A stretch of 64,000 nucleotides of DNA from Tubulanus polymorphus (lineage: Eukaryota > Animalia > Nemertea), in the NCBI RefSeq assembly GCF_964204645.1, contig NC_134036.1, positions 806,001 through 870,000 on the forward strand, given 5' to 3'. Position 1 is the first letter of the stretch; every line of letters starts with the position of its first letter. The notes below the pieces were generated by a model that saw nothing but the letters and a program-made list of their open reading frames with translations, made no database searches and was not told the origin of the DNA. Shown piece by piece: positions 11,780 through 23,880 of this stretch. The position numbers and the translations under genes were made by a program.

Positions 11780-11890
11780 ATTTTGCCAATGTTGCATTGT
11801 TCCTGTTAACGCTATTTTGCCAATCGCGCCTTCTGATTGGCTAATTGACGTCGCGCATGCGCACTAAGGTGATAATGAACATGGCGGATT
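11780..11890. promoter_or_regulatory. GABPB promoter: CCAAT boxes, CRE-like, NRF1 and YY1 motifs
   Basis: ATTGG 11836-11840, TGACGTCG 11846-11853, GCGCATGCGC 11853-11862, AACATGGCGG 11878-11887; candidate non-coding exon donor at 11709 (minus). Confidence 0.65.
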
Positions 11891-12662
11891 TAAATTCCAA
11901 TTTCCGTTTCTGACTAGCACCATCAAATGAGTAATTCAAGAACTTGAATTTGTCGAGATCCCGTATTACATATTGTATTTTCAAGTTTAAGAAGTGACTG
12001 GCGGGGAGCAGTGGTCTTTGTAAATAGCTCTAATTTTTTTCTCTCCTTATTATGTTATGCTATCATTTGTCAGTGTCTCTTTGTATTAATATTTTATGCC
12101 GTGTCTGTCCTATGTAATTTCGTCATTATACGGATGCAATTAAATTTTGAATTGAATTGTGAAAGGCAAGAACGAATTCTCGATTTTTCCTCATGAAAAC
12201 CGTCCATTTCAACCCAGTTTCTCCATCAAATCGATGACCAGGAGACTTATCCATGATGTTACGGGAACAATACCTGTTTATCGGATCTAAAGTCTCCAAA
12301 AACTGACGTTAAAACCGATAAATATCGAAAAAAATAGTGAATCAAGAAATTCGAGAAATTCAGGAAGCGATGACCTTGGAACTGAACGAATCCAATCACA
12401 AATAAGAGTAATTTATTGATTGAAAAACAAATACACTTTATTGTTCAATGACAATTAAAGAGATTTATTGACCACGCAAACATTACAAAGTTTTCACTAA
12501 ATCAGTACGTCAAAAGCGAAAGTTCGGTGAAAGGTTTTAGTGGAAATTTCTTTTCTTTCAATGAATTTTGCATCAAAGATGTAAGTTGTTAAAAAGATGG
12601 TGCCTTTATTTTAAAGAAAAATTAGTTTTCCGACCAAGCAACTTTGATTTTTCCAGTAACTA

Positions 12663-13559
12663 TTATTTCTTTGTGTGCGCACTAACTAACTCATCCATGA
12701 ATTTATCTAAATCGTCTATGAGATATTTTGAAAATTCTTCATAGGAAAGTTGTTGATCGTTATCGGTATCGTACGAACTGATGATATTTATGGCGTCTTC
12801 ACTGTCTGCACCTACAACACCACACGCAGCGAGATACGGCTCTATTTCATCCACAGTTATATGACCACTGTTATCCGTGTCAACAAGATCGAAAAGGGTC
12901 TTCCAATTTTTTTTTATCCGCGGTCTAAATCAATAGAGAAAAATATACACCGAGTGGTTATATTAAGTTGTCAGTTCCACCGACCAGTTCCACAGTTGTG
13001 TGGGTATAATTTGACTTAGGACCCAGTTCCACCATTTGTGTGGCTTTAATTTGACTCTGAACCCAGTTCCACAGTTGTGTGAGTTTAACTTGTCTGTTAA
13101 TCCAGTTCCACAGTTGTGTGGGTTTAATTGTATTTTAGATATTAAAAGTTTGTAGATAATTTAAGCTATACTTACAAGAAGAAGAATTTGAACAGTTTTT
13201 GCAGGGTGATCGTGTCAGTTGTGCCACCATCCGCTGTCTTGAATAGTATCTAATTACAAAATAAAAATCGTTTGTTATAACTTGTATGACTCTCCCTCTC
13301 CCTCTCCGTCTCCTGGCTCTCCGTCCCCCCCTCTCCCTCCCTCCCTCCCTCCTCCTCCCCTTGTTAGTATTACTTCAATCATTTTCTCACTCATTCCATC
13401 CATTTTCTTGATCTCCTCCTTATCCAGAGTGCCGTCTCTATCCTTATCGAGATGTACGAATGTTCTGAACGCTTTTCCCAGGTCGTCCGATACGTCGGTT
13501 ATTTGATACTTTTTACAAACTTCCTTAAACATATCTAACAACGTATTAGAGTCGGCCAT
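12663..13559 (-). CDS. EF-hand calcium-binding protein E1 (173 aa); exons 13559-13374, 13249-13176, 12924-12663
   Basis: Loops DKDRDGTLDKEE, DTDNSGHITVDE, DTDNDQQLSYEE; second loop degenerate; GT-AG introns of phase 0 and 2; non-coding exon donor near 14025. Confidence 0.9.
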
Positions 13560-15087
13560 ATTGAAGCTGTTGATTGAAGTCGAGATCTCACACGTGAAAA
13601 ACTGAAAATTGTAGTACGAGGTAAATCAATGCAAATGCCTCTAAAACCATAGAGCTCGAATATAGCCATTTTCGAAAACTAAGAGATTAGTTACATTTTT
13701 GGACTCAATTCTATGAGCTATTTTCAAAACCGTTGATTTCAAAAGCACCCGGGAGCCTCAATCACTTCTATGGTCTTTAGACACTAAGAAATTTCTACCG
13801 TTTTCAAAGTCGTATCAATATCTAAGACCTCTCCTGGCCCTGTGAAACGTCACTGCTCTCTTAGTTTTGAAAACGGCTCATATAATTAAATCTAAACATC
13901 GCACTAAAGCTGAGTTTTTTTTTGGAAAATGGCTCATAGACTTGAGTCTACGTTTCTCGCTTGATTTCAATCATTTCAAATCAGAGTAAAAAAAAAAAAA
14001 CGTTGAGTTTGTTTTTACGCTTACCTGCGGAAAGTTAGTCCTTCTGAACGGTTGTCAGCGACAAAACTGACCGTGACGCCAAAGGGCAGGGCTCTTTTTA
14101 TGTAAGTGCATAGGGCGAAACGAGCGAACAGCCCTGGACAGGCCTATCCCTCGCAGAAACATGACTGTACGCGGTCGACGTATTACACGTACGCATATGC
14201 GCCGCGCGGTGCTTGTCGCAAAATTGAAGTAAATAAAAAATCCAGTATCTAGGCACCACCCGATTGTTTTGTGGCAACAAGTTAACAAGGTTCAAGGTTC
14301 GAGCGAACAGCCCTGGACAGGCCTACACGACCATACCCGCATTCGACTTGTACATAACTCATACATGTCTGTTCACTGATGTATTACATAATCAGTAATA
14401 ATGGACAGTGATCTGCACAAAAAAACGAAAACAAAAATCTAATTTCAACAGTTGCTGCAAGGACCCAGGAATTACCTGACGTTTTTTTTTTACCAATAAA
14501 TAAGATAAAGATTCCACAGACAAAATATTTTGTTAATTTTCATTGTCGCAATTCAGCCAATTCTTTGAAAAAAAAAAGATGAACTCCTGAATTTAGATTA
14601 GAACTGCATTCATTGATAAGCAATCAAATCGAAGCAATCAAATAAAAGCGGTTAACCTTCCTTTAGATGAGATACACCAGGGCAGGGTTTTTGGTTCAGT
14701 CCATTCTGCTTTAGATGAGATAAGTTTTTCTACACACCAGGGCAGGGTTTTTGATTCAGTCCGCCAGACAACTTTCATTTGGGCAATTGTTCTTATGATT
14801 TCAATCGATTGCTTCTTGATCCATCTTTTCCTCTTTATTGCAGCAAGCTAGTTTCGACGATCAAATTGATGAAACGAAAGGAAACGTCTTGAAATTGTGC
14901 CAGCCTATAAATCTGCTTTGTATATAGACTTTATAATATTATAATATTTAGTAATAATTGTTAACTGTTTATAACTGACTTGGGGAAACATCTCATATCT
15001 GCATTTCATTCCTTGTATTTGTTTGTTTATTGTGAAATAAATTATATTGTAGTATCTATATTTCTCAACTCTATTTGAAAGATATAA

Positions 15088-15305
15088 GGGTAAAAAAAAT
15101 TGATACCTTGTTTCTCCGCTCTTTAGTTTAAATGTTGACCCGGCCGGCCGCCTATCTACCCTATACATTACTTTTTTAAAAATCGTGATCAATTTTACCA
15201 TAACAGACCCGGCCGCTATAGAAATGAACTGTTTATGAATTTTATCATATTTTACAAAAATGACCCGGCCGCTGCGGAGAAACAAGGTATCATTTTTGTT
15301 TAGCC
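15088..15305. mobile_element. MITE, PIF/Harbinger-type (TAA target duplication)
   Basis: TIR core TGATACCTTGTTTCTCCGC / GCGGAGAAACAAGGTATCA; TAA on both flanks; related to 894-1105. Confidence 0.75.
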
Positions 15306-15600
15306 TAAGCTAATTAAGCTACCTGTTAAAACACCACGGTGTATCTCTTGTAGTTAATGGTATTTATAATTCAGGAACTCTTTTCTGTCAACGATTGTAA
15401 GTTTGTTAAATGCAACCGGTGAATTAATTCAATACGAGTAGAAATGGTTGACTAATTTAATCTTTCATTTTTTATCCCTGTACTATCTGCCACAGTAAGA
15501 TAATGGAAACTATAATACGTTACACAAATTAAAATCATTCAAAAGGAAAGAAATGAGTTTGCCAGACGCAAAATATACTTTTGAAATACATGTAATTTGA

Positions 15601-15911
15601 TCACGATAGGTAAAACACAATATCCGTGTTGACGCGATGAGGAGAGAATCCCACAATGATAATAAAAAGTCCGTCTTTGCTTTAACTGTTGTTATAAATA
15701 GAAATTAGATTTCTTTGCGAGTATTTAACCGTCCAGACCCGGATCTATAATGCAGGGCTTTCTTTTAACGTTTCGACTATATCCTAATAGTCATCTTCAG
15801 GAATATTATTCCTGAAGATGACTATTAGGATATAGTCGAAACGTTGGAATAAACTACTATCTCGAAGTTTCATTTTCGGACTTTTTATTATCATTGTGGG
15901 ATTCTCTCCTC
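15601..15911. mobile_element. Penelope-like insertion with inverted termini, hammerhead-like motif and 13-bp target duplication
   Basis: ACATGTAATTTGA at 15588-15600 and 15912-15924; 39-bp perfect palindrome arms 15767-15805 and 15807-15845 containing CTGAAGA-t-GACTAT taggat ATAGTC-GAAA-CGTT. Confidence 0.7.
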
Positions 15912-16463
15912 ACATGTAATTTGAATATGTTAATTGAACGAATAACAACCGATCAAAGTTTAAAAGAAAGCCCTGCATTATAGATCCGGGTCTGGACGGT
16001 TAAATAATCGCGAAGAAACCTAATTTCTATTTATAACAACAGTTAAAGCAAAGACGATACGATACTGCTCTGACGGATAGAGAATCGAAAAGAAACGTAT
16101 TTTATCCTGCGCATGCGCTGTGAGGAGATCATACCGCGGCAGAGCGATGACCTTTGAACTGAACGAATCCAATCACTGATAAAGAGTAATTTATTGATTG
16201 CAAAACAAATACATTTTATTGTTCAATCACAATTAAGAAGATTTATTGACCAAGCAAATATACTCCCGATTCATACTTGAACAAGTTTTATTAAATTAGC
16301 AAAAGCAAAATAGAAAATTCGGTGCTAAAGGTTTTAGTAGAAATTTATTTTCTTTCAATGAGTTTGCCGAGTTTTCTGCATCAAAGATGAACGTTGGTTA
16401 AAAAGAGGGTCGATGACCGCCTAAACAAGAAAGTTTTAAAGTTTTCTCACTAAGCAACTGATT

Positions 16464-18204
16464 TTAATTTTCAGCAATGAACGTTAGTTCTCTATTTAAG
16501 GCTGCAGGAACTAAATCATTCATTAATCTATCAAAATCATCTTCGAGAAATTCTGAAAATTCTTCAAAGGAAAGTTTTTTATCGTTATTGTAATCGTAGT
16601 TTCTGATGACACCCATGGCGTCTTCAGTCTCTGCACCTACAAAACCACACGCGACGAGGTACGTCTCCATTTCATCTGCCTCTATATAACCACTGTTATT
16701 TGTGTCAAGCGCATTGAAAAGCGTCTTCCAGTATTGTTTGATATTCGGTCTAAATCAATGGAAAAAATATAAAATGATTTTACTTTGAACCCATTTCACT
16801 TGTGCGGGCCGAGTTTGACTTTGCACCCAGTTCCACAGTTGTCTTGGTTTGATTTGTCTCTAAATCCAGTTCCACAGTTGTGTGGGTTTAATTTGACTCT
16901 GAACCCACTTCCACAGTTGTGTGGGTTCTATTTGACTCTGGATCCAGTTCCACAGTTGTGTGGGTTCTATTTGACTCTGGATCCAGTTCCACAGTTGTGT
17001 GGGTACTATTTGACTCTGGATCCAGTTCCACAGTTGTGTGGGTTCAATGTGACTCTGGATCCAGTGCCACAGTTGTGTGGGTTCTATTTGACTCTGGATC
17101 CAGTTCCACAGTTGTGTGGGTTCTATTTGACTCTGGATCCAGTTCCACAGTTGTGTGGGTTCTATTTGACTATGGATCCAGTTCCACAGTTGTGTGGGTT
17201 CTATTTGACTCTGGATCCAGTTCCACAGTTGTGTGGGTTCTATTTGACTCTGGATCCAGTTCCACAGTTGTGTGGGTTCTATTTGACTATGGATCCAGTT
17301 CCACAGTTGTGTGGGTTCTATTTGACTATGGATCCAGTTCCACAGTTGTGTGGGTTCTATTTGACTCTGAATCCAGTTCCACAGTTGTGTAGATTTAATC
17401 GTATTTTAGATTTTCAAAGTTTGTAGATAATTTAAGTTATACTTACAAGAAGATGAATTTGAATAATTCTTGCAGAGTGATCGTTTCAGTTGTGTCACCA
17501 TCTGCTTTCGTGAATATTTCCTAATTACAAAATACAGATTATTTATTAAATTTCGTATCTCCGTCACCCTCTCCGTATCCCCCCTCTTCCTCTCCGTATC
17601 CCCCTCTGGCCCTCTCCTTCTCCCTCTGGCCCTCTCCCTCTGGCCCTCTCCCTCTCCCTTTGGCCCTCTCCCTCTCCCTCTGGCCCTCTCCCTCTCCCTC
17701 TGGCCCTCTCCCTCTGGCCCTCTCCCTCTCCCTCTGGCCCTCTCCCTCTGGCCCTCTCCCTCTGGCCCTCTCCCTCTGGCCCTCTCCCTCTGGCCCTCTC
17801 CCTCTGGTCCTCTCCCTCTGGCCCTCTCCCTCTGGCCCTCTCCCTCTGGCCCTCTCCCTCTGGCCCTCTCCCTCTCCCTCTCCCTCTGGCCCTCTCCCTC
17901 TGGCCCTCTGGCCCTCTGGCCCTCTCCCTCTCCCTCTCCCTCTCCCTCTCCCTCTCCCTCTCCCTCTCCCTCTCCCTCTCCCTCTCCCTCTCCCTCTCCC
18001 TCTCCCTCTCCTTAGTATTACCTTGTTGGTTTTCTCACCCAACTTTAACGACTCGATCTCCTCCTTATCCAGAGTGCCGTCTCCATTCTTATCCGTAGAT
18101 ACGAATGTATTAAACGCTGATCTCAGGTTGCTCGATACTTCGGTTATTTGATACTTTTTACAAACTTTCTCTAACATATCTAACATCGTCTTAGAGTCGG
18201 CCAT
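16464..18204 (-). CDS. EF-hand calcium-binding protein E2 (180 aa); exons 18204-18022, 17520-17447, 16749-16464
   Basis: Loops DKNGDGTLDKEE, DTNNSGYIEADE, DYNNDKKLSFEE; same 74-nt middle exon and phases as E1. Confidence 0.9.
16826..17390. repeat. 39-bp minisatellite x~15 (GGATCCAGTTCCACAGTTGTGTGGGTTCTATTTGACTCT)
   Basis: Intronic; ~4 copies at the equivalent E1 position (12983-13128). Confidence 0.95.
17560..18011. repeat. (CTCTCC)n / CCCTCTGG microsatellite; equivalents at 13290-13360, 24431-24766, 27088-27720, 30143-30516
   Basis: Same intron in all five minus-strand EF-hand genes. Confidence 0.95.
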
Positions 18205-18317
18205 ATTGAAGCTGTTGATTGAAGTTGAGATCTCACAGCACGTCAAAGACTGAAAATTGTAGTACGAGGTGAATCAATGCAAATGCCTCTAAAGCCATAG
18301 AGCTCGAATATAGCCAT

Positions 18318-18625
18318 TTTCAAACACTAAGAGACTAGTGACGTTTATACTCAATTCTATGAGCCTATTTAAAAAAACTGAGAGACTAGTGACGTTTATA
18401 TTCTATGAGCCAATTTCAAAAAACTAAGAGAATAGTGACGTTTAGACTCAATTCTATGAGACATTTTCAAAAAACTAAGAGAATAGTGACGTTTAGACTC
18501 AATACTATGAGACATTTTCAAAAAACTAAGAGAATAGTGACGTTTAGACTCAATTCTATGAGCCAATTTCGAAACCTAAGAGAGTAGTTACGTTTCTAGA
18601 CTCAATTCTATGAGCTATTTTCAAA
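18318..18625. repeat. ~51-bp tandem repeat x6 in the first intron of E2
   Basis: Unit CTAAGAGAATAGTGACGTTTAGACTCAATTCTATGAGACATTTTCAAAAAA; about 1.5 copies in E1; inverted copies at ~18740-18875. Confidence 0.85.
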
Positions 18626-19936
18626 ACATTTGATTTCAAAAGCACCCGGGAGCCTCAATCACTTCTATGGTCTTTAGACTCTAAGAAATTTCCACCGTTT
18701 TCAAAGTCGTATCAATATCTAAGAGCTCTCCTGGCACTGCTCTCTTAGTTTTGAAAACGGCTCGTAGTCTAAACGCTCTTTGTTTTTCTGAAAATGGCTT
18801 GTAGAATCTAAACATCGCGCTAAAGCTTCTTAGTTTTTTTTTAGAAAAATGGCTCATAGACTTGAGTCTACGTTTCTCGCTTGATTTCAATCATTTCAAA
18901 TCAGAGTTTAAAAAAAGTTGAGTTTGTTTTACGCTTACCTGCGGAAAGTTAGTCCTTCTGAACGGTTGTCAACGACAGAACTGACCGAGACGCCAAAGGG
19001 CAGGGCTCTTTTTATGTAAGTGCATAGGGCGAAACGAGCGAACAGCCCTGGACAGGCCTATCCCTCAGAAACACGACCATACCCGCATTCGACTATATAA
19101 CTCATACATGTCTGTTCACTGATGTATTACATATTCAGTAATAATGGACAGTGATCTGCAAATTAAACAACAAACAAAAAGAAAATAAAGATCTAATTTC
19201 AACAGTTGCTGCAAAGACCCAGGAATCACAAATGTGGTAGACTGGCGTTTTTTACTCTTTCAATAAAATAAAGATTCGACAATATTGATGAAATATTTTG
19301 TTTATTTTCATCGGCCTCGAAATTCAGACCAGTTTCGCAAAAAAAGATTAACACCTGAATTTAGATTTAGATTAGAACTACATTCATTGATAAGCAATCA
19401 ACTCGATTTGATAAGTTTTACCTTCAAATCATTAAACCATTTTAGTGACATTGGACGCAGTGATAATAGAACTTCATTTATATGGTTACAAAATCGAAAC
19501 TGTTAAAATTGAAAAGAGATATTTTAACAAGATTTGTTTTTTTATTTCATTGCATTCAGTCCCCAAACATAATTTCAATAATTCTCGTCACAACATCGAC
19601 AGCCAACATTACAAAGTTTGGTCCAATTCTACAACAATGCAGATATTCCATGCGGTTGGGAACTAGTTAGCAATATTTTATTGGACATAAAGTAAAACTA
19701 TTAGGTCTATACATACTCGTAAACGTCAAGATTAACAGTCGATTTGAAAGGACGAGACTTCTTACTTAAAACTGTATAATAGACTCCGCTCAAGTGGGAC
19801 CTTTGACTAAACCCTGATAATCGATCTTAAACGGAATATTCGAGTTATTTGTTATATATTTCTCATATAGAGTGTCACAAAAAATACTTCAACATTCAAA
19901 TATAAGAGTTGATGGGATCTGACTAATTAAGCGCAG

Positions 19937-20046
19937 GATCCAGTTCCACAGTTGCGAGTTAGAGTTAATTGGCTGTATGAAAACCAGTATATTTTCAATG
20001 AGTTAACACTGAGTCAAATCTTAACTCACAACTGTGGAACTGGGCC
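19937..20046. mobile_element. MITE family B, full-length copy
   Basis: CCAGTTCCACAGTTGCGAGTTA ... TAACTCACAACTGTGGAACTGG inverted termini. Confidence 0.8.
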
Positions 20047-20686
20047 TAGCATTACATGGGAATCAATCTGACTCGCCGAGTTAGATATGATAGATATTTC
20101 AAAAATATTTCAACCAACTGACTCGAGAGCAGTATATACACGTGTTAGTTCAGTGTTCCGAAACCTGACCTGTAAAGTCAACTTTTTATTCAGGGTTTTA
20201 TTTCATGGGGTTCCCGCGAGTTATCGACCTGTTAAGTTAATTTGATTTAATGTTTAATTTGATTTAGGTTTTTTCCCAAGTAGTAAATTAATCTATCATC
20301 GGTTAACTATTCGATGTCGCAATTTACCGACGATTCTGCACCTTTAAAACCTACGCAATTGAATAGCAATATACGATATTCTATCAGACATTGATTTACA
20401 TAGGATATTAACATTAATTTATACATCAACAGCTGGTAGTAATTATAATATAATCGACATACGCCGTTCCATTCTGCCCATATATGTCCATAAACATTGT
20501 GATCATCCAACCGTTTATGAATTGAAATAGTACATCGGCCATAATATACAAGCTTAAACAGGCTATACATATTTTGCATGTTCAAGCAATATAAAGTGTC
20601 GCAGAAAGTTCACCAACGTTCACAATTAACAGATCATTCGATAAATACCCCTCGCAGAATTACGGTCAGAATTCGTTGTCGTTAAA

Positions 20687-22348
20687 ATGGCGGCTAATAT
20701 CACGGAAATTATGAGCAGACTGTCCGAACAATACCAGATACCAATAGATACCAACGAAGACATCAAATCCGGTTTACGTGTTTTTAGTCAACGGGATACG
20801 AACTTCGACGATAGCCTAGACGAGCAAGAGGTGAAAGAGTTCCACTTACCAAAGTATATGGCTGAGGTAAGTAAATCTTGATTGGTTAGAATGCCCCGAA
20901 TTCAAAACTGGAATCATTCTAACACAGGACGCGTTAGAACACGTTTGATAATTCGTTTCAAAGTCCATGGTTAGAGTATAACGCTGATATCCTATTGTTA
21001 CGCTTCTAACGCTTGGTTTGTTTAAGACGTGCATCTAGAAAAACAAAGGACAATAATTTCCTTTGATGTTTTAAACTCAACAGATTCAATAGTAAAATTT
21101 TCACTCACGAATCAACGAGAGTTCAATATAAAAAAGAGAATTAGTGAAAAACAAAGTGAACCTAAACATTAGTATCGCTCTTCAAGTTTACCAATTAACA
21201 GCAATGTTCTTGTAATATATGTTTTATCGAAATATTTGTTTAGTTTATACCGTCTTTATTCGTAATCATTGAATTCTATTTTTTCTGCAGAAACTATTCG
21301 TCTCCGAATCCGGCGAAAAATGCAAAACTATAACAGTGAAACAGTTTATCAAACGCATGTTTTTGTAAGTTGCTTTTAATCTTAATAAGTAAAATTCATA
21401 TCATTATGAGAAATCTACAATATCGATTTAAAAAAACTGTTATCGGTTTTTTTTCTACATAGGTTTTGGGTGGAATCATTTCACACATCTTCAGAGTTTA
21501 TTTGAAAAATGAAAAATCAGATTTGAAATTTATTTAATTTGATATTGTTGGTATTCATCAAGACTGTTTATAGTCTCAACTATTTACAACAACTATCAAC
21601 TATTCAAAAGTATTGTACTGTATTGACTTGCAACCAAAGCGACCATGAGAACATCGATAGCCCAGGAGCCAGGTGCACAGTCGTGACTTATGTCCAAAAG
21701 TGGTCTCAAATCTTCAGACTGGGTCCAGTTTCACGAAAAATCTTAAGCCTATTTGAATTGTTGTCCTCAGTGAAAACATGAAGTAACCAATGGCAATTAC
21801 ACCAAAAATTTGAGTTTTACTTTTTCGTGAACCCGGACCCTGGTCTTAAATTGTTAGGTTGGCTTTAGAACTAAGTTGGTCTTAGACTGGTCTTAAGTCT
21901 AAGCCATGACTATGCAACCGGCCCCAGGTTCTTTATCAGGAAAACTTCGCCCGGCCGAATCTAGGGATCCCAATGCAAGGAAATGAACGTCACCCTTCTC
22001 AAATATAGCGTGCCAGTATAGGGAGGTTAGGTTCAAATCTGTAACAATTCTTTTCTTGTAAATATTTTCAGCCGGAATATAAGCCAGTATTGGCAGGTAG
22101 TTTTCGATAAAATAGACACAGACGGCGACAAGTTTCTCGACCAAACGGAGGTTGAAACATTTCTCACAGCGGTCGGCATTGCCAAATTGGGAGATACAGA
22201 AGCGGCGCTCAAAGTACTGAACGGATATGACGCCAACAAAGACGGGAAACTGAGCTTTAAAGAATTCGTGACGTATTTAAATGCGAACCTGGACGAATCG
22301 ATTGACGCGATCGTTGAGGCGGAAAAATCTGCAAAGAAACAAAGTTAA
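20687..22348 (+). CDS. EF-hand calcium-binding protein E3 (176 aa), inverted and most divergent; exons 20687-20866, 21291-21364, 22072-22348
   Basis: Loops DTNFDDSLDEQE, DTDGDKFLDQTE, DANKDGKLSFKE; same 74-nt middle exon and phases; last two exons absent from the ORF track. Confidence 0.88.
21666..21924. mobile_element. MITE family C (CAG duplication) with nested MITE 21722-21839 (CTG duplication)
   Basis: Outer termini GAGCCAGGTGCACAGTCGTGACTTA / TAAGCCATGACTATGCAACCGGCCC; uninterrupted relatives at ~34027-34130 and ~54898-54993. Confidence 0.75.
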
Positions 22349-22451
22349 TAAATAGGTGTAAACAGAAAATGAAATATTAGAATTTTACTACTAAGTTCTT
22401 TTAGCAAAATGATGAGAAAAACGAATATATTTACGCGTATTTTAAACATAT

Positions 22452-22585
22452 ACCCTTAACCTGTCGGGCATCATTCATTATTTCGACCTAGAAACCCTGA
22501 CTACACCAGGGCTCGAACCCATGAACTTTGCATGCATAAACGAGACCTTTCATCGGGCGGCTTTAACCACCAACAACCGCATATC
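22452..22585 (-). mobile_element. tRNA-derived SINE head (degenerate)
   Basis: Minus strand GGTGGTTAAAGC (A-box-like) followed by B box GGTTCGAGCCC (22509-22519); no intact cloverleaf. Confidence 0.45.
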
Positions 22586-23880
22586 ACAAATTCTATTGTA
22601 TTAACGGTAAACGTTGTTCGTAACATTGTCGTATATTTTTCGTGAAGAGAATAAATCATATTTGAACTGTTATGAATTTGTGTGGTTTGGTGTAAATTCT
22701 TGACTAGGATTATATGTGAGCTCTTGGACGAGAACACTGGAAGAAAAGACAGACTATAACTCTATAGGGGTCATTTTATTGCTATTCTTGCACAAGTTGT
22801 CTACAGTTTACGTCTATCGTAGCCTGATTTAGTTGTCCCGGATCTATCGCACACCCGTACATCGGCTGACAGTCAAATAACGTGCGGAATAACGGACATT
22901 TTACCGGCAGTAGTGCAAGGGCGTAGGAACAAATCCTACACGTTGGTAGTTATTCGGTTCTTCGACTGTTATAAAGGAGCCAGTTCCTCGGTTCTCTGTT
23001 AAGATTTGACTCTTGAGTTAACCTTTTGAAAATGTACTGCTCTAGCTCACAACTGTGGAACTGGATCCTGGTGACACTGGGGCGACTAGATTCAACACTC
23101 GGGCCATATCATGGACACAGTCCCCTCATAGTGGCATTTTTACGTACCTTAACTCCATCTATCGGCGAGAGAAGCGTGAATGAGGGCACAATTGGGGTTA
23201 ACGTAGTTTTTTGAAGACTGGTCATGTACCGTGAACACACAGTATGGACCAGTCCACTGACCACAGTCCTCAACATAACAAGTTCTGCACCAGAACTATA
23301 CGAATAACGTTTGGCCCACTATGATGAGTCGGCAAATCACCTAGTTCTGGTCCCAATTGTCGTTGGTTAAATCGGGGCTGAATGCAAACCACGATGCACA
23401 GCCGTATAAATGGCGGCCAGAGCCCGGATACGCAGTGCGGGTATATCTCGACAGCTCAACAAACTACTTCAATCACCGTCCACTATATAAAGCCGTTGAA
23501 ATAGTCGCATGCTCATGTTTTGTGAACGTCTCCGCGGACCGGTTGGTTGGAATGTTGAATTGAAAAAGAGGTAGGTTGCAAGATAATAAAAAAACCACTT
23601 GGTGAAAATGGTAAACTGACAATTTTATGAGTAGCTATAAGCAAAACTTAACGAATAAACATTGCAAAATCAATCATATTTATTCACAAACAACAATTAT
23701 ACAAAATATGCCGGGTGACTGAGTGCTCGAAGTAACGTAAGTTCCTCGAACACGTGGACTGTATTTCAAAAACAGTCCGTTCACATTGGACGTAAAAACT
23801 ATAGACTACCCGTGGTCCTACTACCATGGCCTCTTCAAGACGTAAGAGTACATGGCCCCGCACTAAAATCGGAAATTAAC

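Noticed and set aside
16785-17426. 213-aa LTLDPVPQLCGFY-repeat ORF and 157-aa overlapping ORF
   Set aside because: Translations of a 39-bp intronic repeat derived from a MITE end, antisense to E2.
22452-22585. Possible tRNA gene
   Set aside because: B box present but no pairing acceptor or anticodon stems; better explained as a SINE head.
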